Part shown: one piece after another, positions 38,218 to 40,019 of the stretch | Layout: the number at the start of each line of letters is the position of its first letter | Numbering within the stretch: position 1 is the first letter of the stretch | Sequence record: DRR723986_3397 | Length of the DNA: 40,019 nucleotides | Strand: one strand, 5' to 3' | Program-made: the position numbers and the translations under genes | The notes under the pieces: model-generated | The model's database searches: none | What the model saw: only the letters and a program-made list of their open reading frames with translations | What the model was told of the DNA's origin: nothing

Positions 38218-39078
38218 TTAAAACAAAAAATCGCGAACAATATTAATTTGCTCGTTCTGCATGAAAGTAGGGGCATGGCCAACGCCGTGCACCTCGATAA
38301 CGCGTGGCCTGGGGCCACGTTGACTCATTTCCGCCACGGTCTGTTTTGACAGAAGATCAGAGTGTTCTCCGCGCACCACCAATGTGTCGGCCTTGACGGC
38401 GTCAAATGCAGCCCAGAGGGCTGTTTCATGCAGCAAGGTGGTGGATTCTGACAGGTTTTGAAACGCTTGGCCGATCGCTGGGTCGTAGTGGGGTTGCCAA
38501 TGTCCGTTTTTTTCGACCAGTACCGAGTCGCACAATTCATTCCATTGCGATTCGGTGTGTGGACCGAAAGGTTGCGATATGGCGCGAATGTATTGCCTTG
38601 CCTCCCCAAGTGTTTGAAATCGAACAGGTTTACCCACATAGTCTCCAATGCGCTGCAGCGCGCCAAAGTTCAGACTTGGGCCGACATCGTTCAGTATCAG
38701 TTTTCGAATCGGATTGTTGGGCAAGCTTGCGTAAGCCATGCCGATCAGGCCGCCCATCGAGGTGCCAAACCAGTCCAGCGTACCGGCATTCAAGCGGGCG
38801 ACCAGGGCCACGCAGGCACCCACGTAGGTGGGCACGCCGTACAGGGCAGCATCGGGCAGCCAATCGGATGCTCCCCGACCGGGCATGTCGGCAGCCACCA
38901 CGCGCAGGTCTTTTCCAAGGTCCTGGGCCATTGTTTCAAAATCAGCACTGCTGCGGGTTAGGCCATGAACACACAACAACACATGTGGGTTGTCGGGATC
39001 GCCCCATTCGCGGTAGGCTAATTTGTGTAAACCATGTGGACTTAACCATTGCACAGTGTGCAAGCGCGCTGTCAGCAT
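38218..39078 (-). CDS. Alpha/beta hydrolase, probable PhaZc-like 3-hydroxybutyrate-oligomer hydrolase
   Basis: HGLTR, GTSMGG nucleophile elbow, LNDVGP, GHAP; divergent from bdhA. Confidence 0.8.
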   Translation of the reverse strand: MLTARLHTVQWLSPHGLHKLAYREWGDPDNPHVLLCVHGLTRSSADFETMAQDLGKDLRVVAADMPGRGASDWLPDAALYGVPTYVGACVALVARLNAGTLDWFGTSMGGLIGMAYASLPNNPIRKLILNDVGPSLNFGALQRIGDYVGKPVRFQTLGEARQYIRAISQPFGPHTESQWNELCDSVLVEKNGHWQPHYDPAIGQAFQNLSESTTLLHETALWAAFDAVKADTLVVRGEHSDLLSKQTVAEMSQRGPRPRVIEVHGVGHAPTFMQNEQINIVRDFLF

Positions 39079-39147
39079 TGTTCAATACCCTCCATGAAAT
39101 TGTTTTAATCAGTATTTCAGAGTTTCATTATCGAAAGAGGTTCATCC

Positions 39148-39930
39148 GTGGATTTTAAGAACATGAATGCGTTGGTCACCGGCTCAACCAGTGGTATCGG
39201 GTTGGGCATCGCCCAGCGCTTGGCGGCCAAGGGTGTGAATGTGATGCTGAATGGTTTTGGCACACCTGAGCAAATTGAGGCAGCCAAACAAAGCGTTGCA
39301 GCGTTCGGTGTGAAAGTGGGTTATCACGGAGCCGATTTAACCAAAGTGGCCGAAGTGGAAGACTTGGTCAACAGCACTGAGCAGTTGTTTGGCCAAGTGG
39401 ATGTGCTGGTGAACAACGCAGGTATTCAGCATGTCTCCCCAGTGGAAAGTTTTGATCCTGCCAAATGGGATGCGGTAATCGCCATCAATCTGAGTGCGGC
39501 CTTTCACACCACTCGCTTGGTGTTGCCGGGAATGCAGGCACGCAACTGGGGGCGAATTGTGAATATTGCGTCGGCCCATGGTTTGGTGGCCTCGGCGAAC
39601 AAGTCCGCCTACGTCGCAGCCAAGCACGGTATCGTGGGGTTGACCAAGGTAGTCGCTTTGGAAAATGCCAAAACCGGCATCACCTGTAACGCAGTGTGCC
39701 CAGGCTGGGTACTAACACCATTGGTGCAGGCACAGGTCGATGCACGTGCGGTGCGGGAAGGTGTCTCTGTCGAAGAGGCCAAAGTGGGTTTGTTGAGTGA
39801 AAAACAACCTTCGCAAGAGTTTGTGACGCCAGAGCAGTTGGGTGGTTTGGTGGTGTTTTTGTGTTCCGATGATGCTCAGGAAGTGCGGGGCGCGGCGTGG
39901 AACATGGACGGCGGGTGGGTGGCGCAGTAA
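39148..39930 (+). CDS. bdhA: D-3-hydroxybutyrate dehydrogenase (SDR)
   Basis: TGSTSGIG, NNAGIQH, SAHGLVAS..KSAYVAAKHG, CPGWVLTPLV, EKQPS. Confidence 0.95.
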   Translation: MDFKNMNALVTGSTSGIGLGIAQRLAAKGVNVMLNGFGTPEQIEAAKQSVAAFGVKVGYHGADLTKVAEVEDLVNSTEQLFGQVDVLVNNAGIQHVSPVESFDPAKWDAVIAINLSAAFHTTRLVLPGMQARNWGRIVNIASAHGLVASANKSAYVAAKHGIVGLTKVVALENAKTGITCNAVCPGWVLTPLVQAQVDARAVREGVSVEEAKVGLLSEKQPSQEFVTPEQLGGLVVFLCSDDAQEVRGAAWNMDGGWVAQ

Positions 39931-40019
39931 GCGTCGTCGCTGCGATTATTTGCTGAACTCGGCGTGGGTTACTAGTTCCGAACTGGATGGGTGACTTGGG
40001 AGCTAAACTTGAAGGGTCA

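Noticed and set aside
39960-40019. Weak hairpin after bdhA
   Set aside because: Imperfect stem, no U-tract, and context truncated by the window edge

Overview
Mostly core chromosome of a moderate-GC betaproteobacterium (Burkholderiales, Limnobacter-like; the taxon is my inference from gene content and protein style). Order: spoT, minEDC, rpoZ, gmk, an orphan, yicC (all minus); dinB-rph-rdgB-hemW; a conserved hypothetical; clpB; a 660-bp structured intergenic region; a metal-dependent hydrolase/AraC pair; rraA; an orphan; aceA; a YbaL-like antiporter, a CHASE3 chemoreceptor and a hybrid kinase; LysR/HAD; an orphan; a cold-shock protein; an olsB-like GNAT; ppx/ppk1; relA; an alpha/beta hydrolase (PhaZc-like); and bdhA. 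Main points of interest: (1) two oppositely oriented 180-200 nt rod-like fold-backs after clpB that share a three-way-junction cap with a conserved bulged-G hairpin, flanked by three kinds of short repeat; (2) three orphan genes placed singly in housekeeping loci: a divergent ADP-ribosyltransferase-like protein, a CheD/NTAN1/CNF1-like Cys-His deamidase candidate and a 622-aa membrane protein; (3) a candidate sRNA after aceA; (4) minCDE splitting rpoZ from spoT. I saw no rRNA, tRNA, CRISPR array, transposase or integrase. All calls come from motif recognition by eye; no searches or folding programs were run.
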